A DNA stretch of 64,000 nucleotides from Phycisphaeraceae bacterium (GTDB lineage: Bacteria > Planctomycetota > Phycisphaerae > Phycisphaerales > Phycisphaeraceae). Positions 35,394 through 45,791 of this stretch are shown here, piece after piece; within the stretch, counting starts at the first letter, position 1, and every line of letters starts with the position of its first letter. The notes under the pieces were generated by a model, which was not told where the DNA came from, searched no databases, and saw only the letters and a list, made by a program, of their open reading frames with translations. The stretch spans positions 608,001-672,000 of the forward strand of contig OY771506.1 of the NCBI GenBank assembly GCA_963674705.1, read 5' to 3'. The position numbers were made by a program, and so were the translations under genes.

Positions 35394-38300
35394 CTAGTGT
35401 CGTGTGATACCAACGCTGACGATCTGGTAGGGCTTGACGGTTAATCCTCTAGAAGTAACCCGTGTCTGCTGCTTATCGTTTAGATCGAGCCGAGTGAGAG
35501 CGGCCGCCTCGTGCGTTTGTACTTTGCACCGTTCGGCTCTTCCGAGTATTTCGTGCAGACGAAGTGACCACAAGCCGGGCTTGATCGGCTTAGCCCATGC
35601 GGGCACAACACCGGGACCTGTCACGATTGTGCGCAGACCCGCACTGATGGGTTTACCCGTGTAAGTAAACGGCTGATTGAATAGTGTTTCAGCAAGCGCG
35701 GCGGGTTGCTGCTCAACAGGACGATTGCAGTCGTACCGCCCCACCGCCAGATGGATCGTGTGTTTACCGAGGTCGGAGTAGATGGGGACGTCGCCGCGTT
35801 GGCCTTTAGCGCGTCGGCGTGGCGGGCCGGTGACGGGTTGCGTGATCTTGGCACTGCGCAGCAGGCTCAGGTGCAGCAGGCCGTTCATGCAGCCGAAGCC
35901 GTATTTGGATTCGCTGATCAAAGACAGGCCGTCGGTTTCGGTATCGTTGGTGACTGCGGCCCATCGGCTGGCGGGGGCTTCGTACATCGCATCGGTTTCG
36001 ATCGTGCCTGAGAGTTGGGAACGCAACGTGCTGCCGAACGGCGAGCCGTAACGCGCCATCTTCCCGCGGTAGCTTGTCGGGAACGCGATCTTTAAAAGCG
36101 TCTGCGGTTCCTGCCAGTCGATGTCGAAGTCGATAAGCAGGACCGGTCGGGCCGGGTCGATGCGGTAACGGATGGTTGCCTGGCTTTGTTTGCCGATGTT
36201 GCGCGAAAAACAGACCGCGGCGTTGAGCGTATTGCGTTTTTCGATCGTGACTTTGGCGGGGGTGGTAACACGCTCGCCGTTACTTAATGTCGGGCGGTCG
36301 ATGTCCCATGCGTCGTACTGCACGGGCTTGTCGGCAAAGGACCAGAGCTGCGCGCCGGGGGCGTCCAGTTGGATGGGTTTATCATCAATCTTCAGCGACG
36401 TGATCTGTCCGGCAAGGTCGAATTGCACTGAAACATGCTCGTTTTCCAGCGTATGTTTGGTGGCTTTGGGGGGGGAAGCGGCGAGCGACTTAAGCTCAGA
36501 TTCAAGCACGCCGGCCAGCGGTGGCGCGGCTAACACCTTTTCATCCGTCACGTGATAATTGGGCAACGCGAGCGGGTTGAAGATGCAAGGCTTACCGTTT
36601 CTTGAATTCAATTCCTCTTGCGCTTGATTGATAGCACAATCGGTGACGGCCTGTAATTCCTCCACCGCTTCGGCGCAGACTTCATGGATCGAGCTGCCGG
36701 GCAGGCAGTCGTGGAACTGACAGAAGACGACGGTCTTCCACGCGCGTTCGTCGACGGGTCCTTTGCCGGTAGCACAGCGCACCGCTTCCCAGACCTGTAA
36801 GGCTCGCTCGGCGGAACGGTACGCGGCCTTGAGATCGCCGTGCGTTGTTTGAACGCCGCGGTGGTATTGCAGGAACATTTCGCCGTGCCACGTGGGCAAT
36901 TTGCTGCGTTGTTTGTTTAAGCGATCGAAGAACTGATCGATACGTCCCCACTTCGCATCAGGCACGCTGGCTGCTTCACCGAGTAGACCGAGTTTACTCA
37001 GGCGTTCGACGCGTTCAGCCATTTCATCGTTAGGCCCTCCCCCACCGTCGCCGTAACCGGTCGGGATGAGTACTTCGGGATGGATATCCGCCTGCTGATG
37101 TTTGAGCGTGATGTCACGGTATTGCGCGGGCTTGGCTTCCTGGTTGTAGTGGCTCTGGATGATATGGGTGAGGACTTCGGAGCCGTCGTTGCCGCGCCAG
37201 CGGAAGCTGGTGTAAGGCAGTTGCGTGGCGCTGCCCCAGTGGATTTTGGTGGTGTAGAAGTACGGGATGCCGAAGCCGGCCATGATCTGCGGGATGCTGG
37301 CGGAGTAGCCGAAGGTATCGGGCAGCCAGACGACCGGGTCCTGGCGGCGGCGCTTGCCGTTCAGTTCTAAAAAGCCTTTTCGACCAAGCTCAAACGAACG
37401 CACGAGCGCTTCGCCGCAGGGCAATTGCGTATCGGATTCGACATACATCGTACCGGTCGCTTCCCAGTTGCCCTTGCGGATTTTTTCGCGGACGCGCTGC
37501 ATCAATCCCGGCGCGAGGCGCTGCGTGTCCTGGTAGCTGGCGGGCTGGGAGTAGCCGAAGTGACACTTCGGGTAGCGCTGCATCACGGACAATACATTGG
37601 CGAAGGAGTGTACGGCCTTGAAGCGTGCGACGTGTTTGGGCCAGAGCCAGACGAGGTCGATATGGGCGTGGCCGGTAAGGATCGCGGTGTGCGAGCGATT
37701 GGGGATGTCCAGATCACGATAGATCTTGCGAAGCGCCTGTCGCAGCGCGGCCGGTCCCTGGTTTTCATAAATATCGATCGCGTCGTTGAGCTGCCGAAGC
37801 ACGGTGCGGTAAACGGGCGGCGCCTGATGGATCGGCGGACGGTAACCGAACGGCGCGGTTGGCTGATTGCTTGCGGGATAGTCCGGCAGATGGATCAGCG
37901 ACAGCGTTTCGGTCAAAACCTTCAAGTCGATCATCGCGTGCCAGGCATCGTCATCACGACTAGCAAGAAACGCGCCGTTGAACTCACTGCCATGCTTTGA
38001 CATCGGCGCCATGTTGCTGGGCACCCAGACACCGGTCCGGCAACAGGTGGATTCGATCAACAGTTCGTGTGCATCATCAGGGATCGGGCAATACATATGG
38101 CCCGGATCGATGCCGAAGATCGGTTCGCCCTCGTGATAGACAGTAGCCTCGGCCTGATCGGTCCAGTAGAGGTAACGCGTGGCACTGCCGGTTTTCTTTT
38201 TAGGCAGCTTCAGTTTCCACCAGCGCTGGTCGAACATCCTGCCCCAGAACTGCGGCAGGCGCGTCACGGGTTTATACGTCAGGCGTTTGGCGGCCGGGGC

Positions 38301-38441
38301 GTCGACGATGTCAGGACTTGAAACGGTTGCGCTGACTTGGATCTGCGTCTTCTGGACGGACCAGACAGACGCTTCGAGTCTTTGAATCGTCGCCTGCAGG
38401 CGCGGGGCCATGAACTGCGGGAAGTGGACGGGTTCTAGCAT
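35394..38441 (-). CDS. Alpha-mannosidase, GH38
   Basis: GHAHIDLVWLW, WLPDTFGYS, GYGDGGGGP and QFHDCLPGSSI. Confidence 0.92.
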   Translation of the reverse strand: MLEPVHFPQFMAPRLQATIQRLEASVWSVQKTQIQVSATVSSPDIVDAPAAKRLTYKPVTRLPQFWGRMFDQRWWKLKLPKKKTGSATRYLYWTDQAEATVYHEGEPIFGIDPGHMYCPIPDDAHELLIESTCCRTGVWVPSNMAPMSKHGSEFNGAFLASRDDDAWHAMIDLKVLTETLSLIHLPDYPASNQPTAPFGYRPPIHQAPPVYRTVLRQLNDAIDIYENQGPAALRQALRKIYRDLDIPNRSHTAILTGHAHIDLVWLWPKHVARFKAVHSFANVLSVMQRYPKCHFGYSQPASYQDTQRLAPGLMQRVREKIRKGNWEATGTMYVESDTQLPCGEALVRSFELGRKGFLELNGKRRRQDPVVWLPDTFGYSASIPQIMAGFGIPYFYTTKIHWGSATQLPYTSFRWRGNDGSEVLTHIIQSHYNQEAKPAQYRDITLKHQQADIHPEVLIPTGYGDGGGGPNDEMAERVERLSKLGLLGEAASVPDAKWGRIDQFFDRLNKQRSKLPTWHGEMFLQYHRGVQTTHGDLKAAYRSAERALQVWEAVRCATGKGPVDERAWKTVVFCQFHDCLPGSSIHEVCAEAVEELQAVTDCAINQAQEELNSRNGKPCIFNPLALPNYHVTDEKVLAAPPLAGVLESELKSLAASPPKATKHTLENEHVSVQFDLAGQITSLKIDDKPIQLDAPGAQLWSFADKPVQYDAWDIDRPTLSNGERVTTPAKVTIEKRNTLNAAVCFSRNIGKQSQATIRYRIDPARPVLLIDFDIDWQEPQTLLKIAFPTSYRGKMARYGSPFGSTLRSQLSGTIETDAMYEAPASRWAAVTNDTETDGLSLISESKYGFGCMNGLLHLSLLRSAKITQPVTGPPRRRAKGQRGDVPIYSDLGKHTIHLAVGRYDCNRPVEQQPAALAETLFNQPFTYTGKPISAGLRTIVTGPGVVPAWAKPIKPGLWSLRLHEILGRAERCKVQTHEAAALTRLDLNDKQQTRVTSRGLTVKPYQIVSVGITRH

Positions 38442-38502
38442 AACTATCCAAACTCACTGGATGGATGAGGGTGGGAAGCCAAAATAATGTTGGGTAATGT
38501 TA

Positions 38503-39525
38503 TCAGGAGATCAACCGTACGGCTTCGGGCCGACCCGAGGCGACGCTGGCGACTTCCGCTTCGATGATACAGAGCGTCTGCATGGCGGTGCGTAAGGATG
38601 ATCGGGCGGGTTTTTCGCCGGTCTTGATGCAATCGATGAAGTAGGCAAGTTCGTGCTCGTAACCCTGGCCGGTTGGTACTTCCACAGGGACCGGCTCCTT
38701 GTCCTGCTCGAAAAGCAACAGGGGTTGATCGCGTGTGAAGTCGAAGGTCGCCATCGCCTTTTCGAAGACGGCTTCGTAGCGCATCTGGAACGGGTACTTT
38801 CTGAACGCGACCCATGCGCCTTCCGCCACGACCTGCGGTACGTGATCGTATTGATAGAACGTGGTGAGGTGATCCACCGCACCGCTTGGGCCGGCGTAGC
38901 CGACGCTTTTAACTTCGCGCGGCGGGCCGAAGAGGTACTGGACGAAGTCGGTGTCGTGGATATGCAGGTCGAGCACGGCCCCGCCGGAGACTTTGCCGTT
39001 GTGGTAGAACGGGTTGCCGGGGATAGCGCCCTTGCGTTCAAGCCGAAGCGAGAGCAGCTTGCCGAAGCGTTGACCGTCGATAGCCTGTTTAAGCCAATCC
39101 CATTCGGGCCAGAAGCGCATGCAGTGGGCGCACATCGCGAGGCCGGGCGCTTTGGCTTCCGCATCAAGCAGTTGTTGCGCTTCATCGCTGGTGCGTGCAA
39201 GCGGCTTCTCAACCAATACGTGCTTGCCGGCTTTAAGCGCGGCGAGTGTGAAGGGGATATGCAGCGGTGTCACGACGCAAAGGTCGACCATCTCGACATC
39301 GGGGTCGTTGATCAGGTCCATGCCGTCGGTGTAGCGTTTGGCATCGGAAAGGTCGTAGCCGTCTTGCGCCTGATTCTCTACATTGCTGTCCACCTTGCGA
39401 CCGGCCAGGCGTGATTCATCCTTGTCCGCTACAGCCACCACACAAGCGTCCGGCACATGGTTGTAGGCCTCCAGATGCCTCTGGCCCATCATGCCCAATC
39501 CAACCACCCCTACCTTCACCATCAC
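38503..39525 (-). CDS. Gfo/Idh/MocA family oxidoreductase
   Basis: GVVGLGMMG, GKHVLVEKP and LDLHIHDTD. Confidence 0.92.
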   Translation of the reverse strand: MMVKVGVVGLGMMGQRHLEAYNHVPDACVVAVADKDESRLAGRKVDSNVENQAQDGYDLSDAKRYTDGMDLINDPDVEMVDLCVVTPLHIPFTLAALKAGKHVLVEKPLARTSDEAQQLLDAEAKAPGLAMCAHCMRFWPEWDWLKQAIDGQRFGKLLSLRLERKGAIPGNPFYHNGKVSGGAVLDLHIHDTDFVQYLFGPPREVKSVGYAGPSGAVDHLTTFYQYDHVPQVVAEGAWVAFRKYPFQMRYEAVFEKAMATFDFTRDQPLLLFEQDKEPVPVEVPTGQGYEHELAYFIDCIKTGEKPARSSLRTAMQTLCIIEAEVASVASGRPEAVRLIS

Positions 39526-39710
39526 AAGCTCCTTTTACTACAGTAGCCAAACTCACCGATACCGATGGACCGGGCAACGTTTAAACCCGTCGCAGTGAAC
39601 CATCTATCCGACAAAGAGCTGCCGCATCGGTATCAGGACGCCCAATGTACACGCTGGCGAGGGGCGGGGTGAGATGATCCGCTACGTGGGGTAAACATGT
39701 GAAAAAATGA

Positions 39711-39740
39711 TTGACAGGCCAACCTATAGCATGTATGCTA
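39711..39740 (+). promoter_or_regulatory. Promoter overlapped by operator TAGCA-N4-TGCTA
   Basis: TTGACA-N17-TATGCT; palindrome TAGCATGTATGCTA at 39727-39740. Confidence 0.7.
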
Positions 39741-39872
39741 TGGGGTATAGTTGAAAGCGGCGTCTGGCTACCCCTACGCCGACTTACGGTAGGCACAACA
39801 AGGCTTGCATTACCCTTACTCGTTGATGCGTTAGCCTAAGCCATATCAATCCATTTGGAGGAGAATTGCGTT

Positions 39873-40712
39873 ATGCGAACAGGAACCGCCCGTCATATTG
39901 CTATCGCCACGCTGGCAGGTGGACTGCTGGTCTGCTCGAGCGCGGCTTCGGCCAGCACGCTGCTTGCCGACTTCGACAACCACCCCATCCCGGCTAGTTC
40001 TGACATCTATGGCAGTTGGTCCACCGGCACACTGACCCCCGGCCCCACCAGCTACCGCGTGGAATCCGCGGGAGGTTTCGGCGGCCAATGGAACGGCCTG
40101 GGCGATGGCGTCGACGCCTCGGCTGAAACCGACATCGAACTGATCGTCACCGTCGATGCGGCACACCCAGAGGCCGGTCTCGGCGTCGTCTTCGCGCTCG
40201 TGGACGGCGACGGCACCGAGTGGCAATACGTCATCAATACCACTGAAAACTCATGGTTCGGACTGCTGCCCGGTGCAACCTACACGCTCACCGTGCCCAT
40301 CACCGGCGCGACGGGGCTGATCAATCCCGGCTCAAGCTCGGGACTGGATACTTCAAACATCATCGGATTCCATATTCAGGTTGATAGTGGTGATAACAAC
40401 GTACCCTACGACATCTCATTCGAGAACTTCCGCATGTACGTTCCCGGTGAAGACCTCGAAGGCGATCTGAATGGTGACGGATTCGTCGGCCTGGATGATC
40501 TGGATATCATCCTGAGCGCCTGGAACCAGAGCGTACCGCCTGCGGACGCCGCCGCCGATCCTTCGGGTGACGGGTTTGTCGGCCTGGACGACCTGGACCT
40601 CGTGTTGAATAACTGGAATGCAGGCACGCCTCCAGCCACCGCCGTGGTCCCGGAACCGGCAACACTTGGGTTGATATCCCTGGGTGGACTGGCGCTACTG
40701 CGTCGCAAATAA
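39873..40712 (+). CDS. Secreted protein with dockerin-like repeat and PEP-CTERM
   Basis: GDLNGDGFVGLDDL-type motif twice; VPEPATLGL...RRK. Confidence 0.85.
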   Translation: MRTGTARHIAIATLAGGLLVCSSAASASTLLADFDNHPIPASSDIYGSWSTGTLTPGPTSYRVESAGGFGGQWNGLGDGVDASAETDIELIVTVDAAHPEAGLGVVFALVDGDGTEWQYVINTTENSWFGLLPGATYTLTVPITGATGLINPGSSSGLDTSNIIGFHIQVDSGDNNVPYDISFENFRMYVPGEDLEGDLNGDGFVGLDDLDIILSAWNQSVPPADAAADPSGDGFVGLDDLDLVLNNWNAGTPPATAVVPEPATLGLISLGGLALLRRK

Positions 40713-40843
40713 GTACAGACATGTATCCTCCGCGGCCGCATGCTTAACGGTGTGCGGCCGTATTCTTAGCAACTGATGTTCGAAAAGCATCCGAGCCCGG
40801 GTGGCGAGGGATGATTGAAAAAGATGTTGACTCCTGAGGCTTC

Positions 40844-42328
40844 GTGATGATCCGACCCCTGCTTGTTGTTGTGATTGGTTTGCTGTGTGTGTCGCCGAGT
40901 TTCGGCGAAGCGGCCGATGTGCAGAAGACGAACTCGCAGAAGCTGTACATGCATTACATGCCGTGGTTCGAAACGCCCTACTCCCTGGGCACGAGCAATT
41001 GGGGCTGGCATTGGACGATGAACACCCAGAACCCCAACAACATCACTTATGATGCAAACTATCCGGATGGTGAGAAGCGGGACATCGCCTCGCACTATTA
41101 CCCGTTGATCGGGCCTTACGATTCGAGCGACCCGGATGTGATCGAGTATCACCTGCTGCTGATGAAGCTGTCAGGCGTGGACGGCGTGCTGATCGACTGG
41201 TACGGCGTGCAAGGCACGAACGGCGACATCACCAGTCTGCTGAACAGTTCCAACGCATTAATTGAGAAGATGGACGACTTCGGGATGGAGTTCGCGGTCG
41301 TCATGGAAGACCGTTTCTCCGCCAACATAAGCCAGGCCGAGGCAAACGTCGCCTACCTGCGTGACAACTACTTCAACAACTCGCAGTACATCCGACTGGG
41401 TTCGGGGGATGATCCGCTGTTGATGTCGTTTGGGCCGATCACGTTCGAGCAGGAATCGCAGTGGACGCAGATCCTGGCGCAGGCTGGGGAAGATGTGAAC
41501 TTCCTGCCGTTGTGGTACGAATCCGGCGATGCGGGCGTGAATGCGGACGGGGAGTATTCCTGGGTCTATCAGGATGGCAACAGTTACAGTTGGCACCTGT
41601 CGAACTTCTACCAGTACCGTGCGCCGAATCTGGACGTTGCTGCGGGCAGCGCATTCCCGGGGTTTGATGACTTCTACGCGGAAGGCGGTGCGGGCGGCGG
41701 TTACTTCAATATCCCGCACGATGACGGGCAGACGCTCGCGACAACACTGAACCTGGCAGGCCAATACGCAAGCGAGGTCGACTTCCTTCAGTTAGTGACG
41801 TGGAACGACTTCGGCGAAGGCACGATCTTCGAACCGACCGTTGAGACCGGCTACGACTACCTGCTCCAACTGCAGGACTACAGCGGCACGCCCTACGGGC
41901 AGGATGAGCTTGAACTGGTTCACGCACTTTACTTGGCACGTAAGGAATACGCCGGCAACACGGAGAAACAGAACTCGCTGGATGAAGTCGCATCCCTGCT
42001 GGCGGCGCTTGATATCGATGGCGCCCAGGCGCTACTGAACATCATCAACGGCCTGGCACTGGAAGGCGACCTGGATGGTGATGGATTCGTCGGGCTCAGC
42101 GACCTGGATATCGTGTTGAACAATTGGAACCAGGTCGTTGTGCCATTCGGCGACACGCGGGCGGACCCATCAGGCGATGGATTTGTCGGGCTCGACGATC
42201 TGGATGTTGTGTTGAACAACTGGAACGCCGGCACGCCCCCCATTGTCGCGGCGCCAGAGCCGGGCTCTGGGCTGGCTTTGCTGCTATTGGGCGTTTCAGG
42301 CCTGTCGGGTCGTTTGCGAACCCGTTAA
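40844..42328 (+). CDS. GH99/GH71-like glycoside hydrolase with dockerin-like repeat and PEP-CTERM
   Basis: MHYMPWF, SHYYPLIGPYDS, DGVLIDWYG and TWNDFGEGTIFEP. Confidence 0.82.
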   Translation: MMIRPLLVVVIGLLCVSPSFGEAADVQKTNSQKLYMHYMPWFETPYSLGTSNWGWHWTMNTQNPNNITYDANYPDGEKRDIASHYYPLIGPYDSSDPDVIEYHLLLMKLSGVDGVLIDWYGVQGTNGDITSLLNSSNALIEKMDDFGMEFAVVMEDRFSANISQAEANVAYLRDNYFNNSQYIRLGSGDDPLLMSFGPITFEQESQWTQILAQAGEDVNFLPLWYESGDAGVNADGEYSWVYQDGNSYSWHLSNFYQYRAPNLDVAAGSAFPGFDDFYAEGGAGGGYFNIPHDDGQTLATTLNLAGQYASEVDFLQLVTWNDFGEGTIFEPTVETGYDYLLQLQDYSGTPYGQDELELVHALYLARKEYAGNTEKQNSLDEVASLLAALDIDGAQALLNIINGLALEGDLDGDGFVGLSDLDIVLNNWNQVVVPFGDTRADPSGDGFVGLDDLDVVLNNWNAGTPPIVAAPEPGSGLALLLLGVSGLSGRLRTR

Positions 42329-42414
42329 ATCCCCCCAATCAACCCACATTTTCCGAGGCCGACCTGTGACCATGCGGTGACAGGCCGAGTTTTTGTGATT
42401 TCAGCTTAAAATGC

Positions 42415-42444
42415 TTGACAGAAGATGCTATAGCATATATGCTA
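42415..42444 (+). promoter_or_regulatory. Promoter overlapped by operator TAGCA-N4-TGCTA
   Basis: TTGACA-N17-TATGCT; TAGCATATATGCTA at 42431-42444. Confidence 0.7.
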
Positions 42445-42562
42445 TGGTCTAGTAAGGGTATTCAGGCTTTCTATCAGCCGTCCCGGATTTGTTTTCAAGG
42501 GGAACATCAAGCGGACTTCCCGCCGCACACTTCACACCACTTTGGAGAGGAGAGAGTTGATC

Positions 42563-43165
42563 ATGTTTAAGACACCTTCGTTTGTGCTGGCCGCTGCCGT
42601 TGCCACGCTGGGCGCTGCATCTGCTTCGCAGGCCACCGTGGTCATCGAAGACTTCAATAACTACACCACCGGCGGCAACGGCGCTGCATTCGCCAACTTC
42701 TCAACCGTCATCACCGCCGGCGCAGATGATTGGACCGTGGATGTGGTCGACGGCGGCTTCGGCCTCCACTTCGACGACACCGGCAACTACCCGGACGGGA
42801 TCGACATCAGTGGCGAACCCATCCTCGAAATCGACTTTGCCATCAACTCTGGTGGCATCTACGGCACGACCGTGATCGTGGTGCTGGAAGATGTTAATGG
42901 CCTTCAGAGCGTGTATGACATGGGTGTCCTGTTAGGCAACTTCGCGGCGGGCTTCGATGGCACCGCCAGTGTGCCGCTGACCCTGCCCGCAGGGTTCGCC
43001 ACAACCGGTCTGGCCTACTTCCATGTGCAGGCCAACAGCTTCGATGACACGTATCCATACCCGTACAGCGTGACGTTCAAAGAGCTGCGCGTAACGCCCG
43101 AACCGGCCTCGATCGCACTGATCGGCAGCGGCCTGGGCCTGCTGGCGCTGCGTCGCCGCGGATGA
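42563..43165 (+). CDS. Secreted PEP-CTERM protein
   Basis: Signal peptide; TPEPASIAL...RRRG. Confidence 0.85.
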   Translation: MFKTPSFVLAAAVATLGAASASQATVVIEDFNNYTTGGNGAAFANFSTVITAGADDWTVDVVDGGFGLHFDDTGNYPDGIDISGEPILEIDFAINSGGIYGTTVIVVLEDVNGLQSVYDMGVLLGNFAAGFDGTASVPLTLPAGFATTGLAYFHVQANSFDDTYPYPYSVTFKELRVTPEPASIALIGSGLGLLALRRRG

Positions 43166-43218
43166 GATTAACCCGATTCAGCTTTCAGGCATCCGGGTTA
43201 TAACGATGACCCATTTAA

Positions 43219-43250
43219 GCCACGGCCGAGCAATTGGCCGTGGTTTTTTT
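43219..43250 (+). terminator. Rho-independent terminator
   Basis: CCACGGCC-N-GGCCGTGG stem followed by a T run. Confidence 0.75.
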
Positions 43251-43332
43251 GTGGATACATGAGATCCGCAACTGAGTCCGTTCCGTGCAGCTGACGATCT
43301 GAGGATTAATTTGAATTTTTCCAGATGGAGTA

Positions 43333-43373
43333 TTGACAGAGCCGATGAATAGGTTACTATAGCACTAGTGCTA
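43333..43373 (+). promoter_or_regulatory. Promoter with adjacent operator TAGCA-N4-TGCTA
   Basis: TTGACA-N16-TACTAT; TAGCACTAGTGCTA at 43360-43373. Confidence 0.65.
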
Positions 43374-43471
43374 CATTAACTATCGCATATCATGGCTGTA
43401 TGAACCCAATGATCGGGCAAACCAGCCAGCACGTGCGACCCCGGCCCAGAGGCCGACTTGGAGGTACTCGC

Positions 43472-44341
43472 ATGACCCGTCACCGGTTTAATGCATTCAC
43501 ACTGATCGAGCTGCTGGTCGTGATCTCCATCATCGCCCTGCTCGTGGGCATCCTTTTGCCGGCCCTGGGCGCCGCCCGGATCAGCGCCAAAAAACTGCAA
43601 AGCAACACGCAACTGCGCGGCATGCACCAGGCTTTTGTCACGCACGCCCAAGGCAACAAAGGCTGGTACACCGCCTATGACGCCGGCAAAAATCAGTGGA
43701 TGTCGCTCAGCCGCGGCTACGACATGATTGTCGATCCAAGTCCGGCACACGGCTGGGGGCAGGTAGGCAACTTCCCGGAGGCCCGCTTCTCCGAGTTGGT
43801 CAGGCTGAACCTGGTTACCAGCGCGTACCTGATCCATCCTTCTGAAGCCGATCCTAAAGACGCCTGGACCGGCACGAACAATGAAGAGTTCACCGTTGAG
43901 AACTATTCGTATGCGTTAAACGAACTGGGCTACAACGAAGGGCCGTACGCGATGGACGGAACGCCCAAGTACCAGGAAGCGCTGAAGGAGTGGCAGGAAA
44001 CCATGAACTCACGCGCACCGGTTGTGTGCGATCGTTTGTTCCGCCTGCGGGGCAACCATTACGAACACGAAAACTACCAAGGGATGTACTCCGGCAAGCT
44101 CGGACAGATCTCGGTCGGCCTGGCTTTCAATGACAACCACGTCGAACGCAGCGAATCGCCCATCTTCGAAAACATCAAGATCGGTGAAATCAATAACACC
44201 AGCGACAACGTCTTCTCGCGAGGCCACGACAGCTACCCGGGCAACGACAACGTTCAAACCGGACCGATTATTGATGCAGGCCAGAGCTCATCGGCCCACA
44301 TGGTGCACTGGGGCTGGGCATCTTATAACAACCTTGATTAA
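43472..44341 (+). CDS. Prepilin-type N-terminal cleavage/methylation protein (DUF1559-like)
   Basis: AFTLIELLVVISIIALLVGILLPALGAAR and a C-terminal AFNDNHVE motif. Confidence 0.88.
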   Translation: MTRHRFNAFTLIELLVVISIIALLVGILLPALGAARISAKKLQSNTQLRGMHQAFVTHAQGNKGWYTAYDAGKNQWMSLSRGYDMIVDPSPAHGWGQVGNFPEARFSELVRLNLVTSAYLIHPSEADPKDAWTGTNNEEFTVENYSYALNELGYNEGPYAMDGTPKYQEALKEWQETMNSRAPVVCDRLFRLRGNHYEHENYQGMYSGKLGQISVGLAFNDNHVERSESPIFENIKIGEINNTSDNVFSRGHDSYPGNDNVQTGPIIDAGQSSSAHMVHWGWASYNNLD

Positions 44342-44446
44342 ATAAACAGACGCCCCTTGTAGTCCGGATCACATCCAAGCTGACAAAAGAAAAAGCCCCT
44401 CAACAGCGAGGGGTTTTTTACTGTATTTACAGGTGTTTTAGATCGA

Positions 44447-45571
44447 TTACTTGATCGTCGCGCTGCGCCGCGTGCTTTTACGCATCTGCACGGGCTTAGG
44501 TGGCTGGCGCACGGCCGCAATTGATTCACCCTCGAACAGCACGGGATCGTCCGGCTCAAGAAGCAGTTCGCCCTGCCAGTTGCCGGCGTTTTCGGCAAAA
44601 GCGTCGAAGACGCGCGACATCAATGGCGCGATGTCGGGCATGTCCAGGCCGGACAGCGAAGGGCAGAGGTATCGGCCGTTGACGATATTGATCGCGCCGA
44701 TGGAAAGGTCGCGTCCGACGTTAACGCCCTGCTCGTAGCAGGCGCGCATCGTCGCGATCGCTGCGGGCTGACTGGCGCACATGACCAGGCTGGGACCCGT
44801 GTTGGCGTTCCATGTCCGAAGCAGACGCTTGGCCAAGCGATAAGCGTACGGCGTCGGGTCGGTGTATGGCGGAGCAGGCTCGTCCCAAATCTTGCTTTCC
44901 ACGCCACGACGCGTGGACCATTCCTGCCACTGCTCGACCCGGCGGTCGATTTCTTCGTTGTGCCCCTGGCTGTTGAGAAAGTCGATGTGCCGATGCCCGA
45001 GTCGGTAGGCATATTCAAAAAGTTGTTCGATATGCGCCGATGGGTAAAGGCGGATCGACGGGATGCCGTGATGCACCATTTCGCCGTCGAAGACGACAAG
45101 CTTGCCGTGGCACTCGGCGAAACGTTCGAGGACGTGCGGCGGTACGGTTTCGGTGCTGGGGATCAGCAAAACGCCATCGGCGCCGGAAAGCGCATCCCAG
45201 ACGATCGGATCGTCCCAGTGCACGTATTGCACCGGGCGGATCGAGACATCGCACTGGTTGGCAACTTCGGTCACCGCCAGGCGGCATTGATTCAGGTGAT
45301 CGGATGGATAGGCGGGATAGAGGAAAACGACATCCAACCGGCTCTTGCTACGGCGATAGGATGGATCGACGTAGAGCTTGCCGTTCTCTGCCCGGGCAAG
45401 CATGCCCTCCTTGATCATGGCGAGTACGGCCTTACGCGCGGTCATGTAACTCACGCCTGTGTCGGCGGCGAGCTTTCGCTCACCCGGCAGGTCGTTAAGC
45501 AGGTAGTCGCCGGCCTCGATCCGACGCCAGATAATGTCCATGACATCGTGATATTTGGTATTTGGTGGCAT
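44447..45571 (-). CDS. GntR-HTH / LacI-type sensor transcriptional regulator
   Basis: LPGERKLAADTGVSYMTARKA followed by a periplasmic-binding-protein-like domain (VGRDLSI, PSLSG). Confidence 0.85.
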   Translation of the reverse strand: MPPNTKYHDVMDIIWRRIEAGDYLLNDLPGERKLAADTGVSYMTARKAVLAMIKEGMLARAENGKLYVDPSYRRSKSRLDVVFLYPAYPSDHLNQCRLAVTEVANQCDVSIRPVQYVHWDDPIVWDALSGADGVLLIPSTETVPPHVLERFAECHGKLVVFDGEMVHHGIPSIRLYPSAHIEQLFEYAYRLGHRHIDFLNSQGHNEEIDRRVEQWQEWSTRRGVESKIWDEPAPPYTDPTPYAYRLAKRLLRTWNANTGPSLVMCASQPAAIATMRACYEQGVNVGRDLSIGAINIVNGRYLCPSLSGLDMPDIAPLMSRVFDAFAENAGNWQGELLLEPDDPVLFEGESIAAVRQPPKPVQMRKSTRRSATIK

Positions 45572-45791
45572 GTGAAACAGCCTGGTAACAAACGACGCGC
45601 GATAATATTGATACTATATCACATAAGCTATAATTTGTCGAGAATTTAGGATAATCTGCCCCTGTTTACCTCCATCTGAGCGAAATAAAGACCTCCAGTA
45701 TTCCGTTTCCGCTCTTGTGTTAGAGCATTTTTGCTATAGAATAGATCTGTAGCTTTAGTATAGCACGCGAGGGCCGGATTGTCCCCGATTC

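Noticed and set aside
40453..42240. Repeated DNA in two genes as a mobile element or DGR template/variable repeat
   Set aside because: It encodes the in-frame dockerin-like module also seen at 63801-64000; differences are mostly synonymous and no reverse transcriptase is present.
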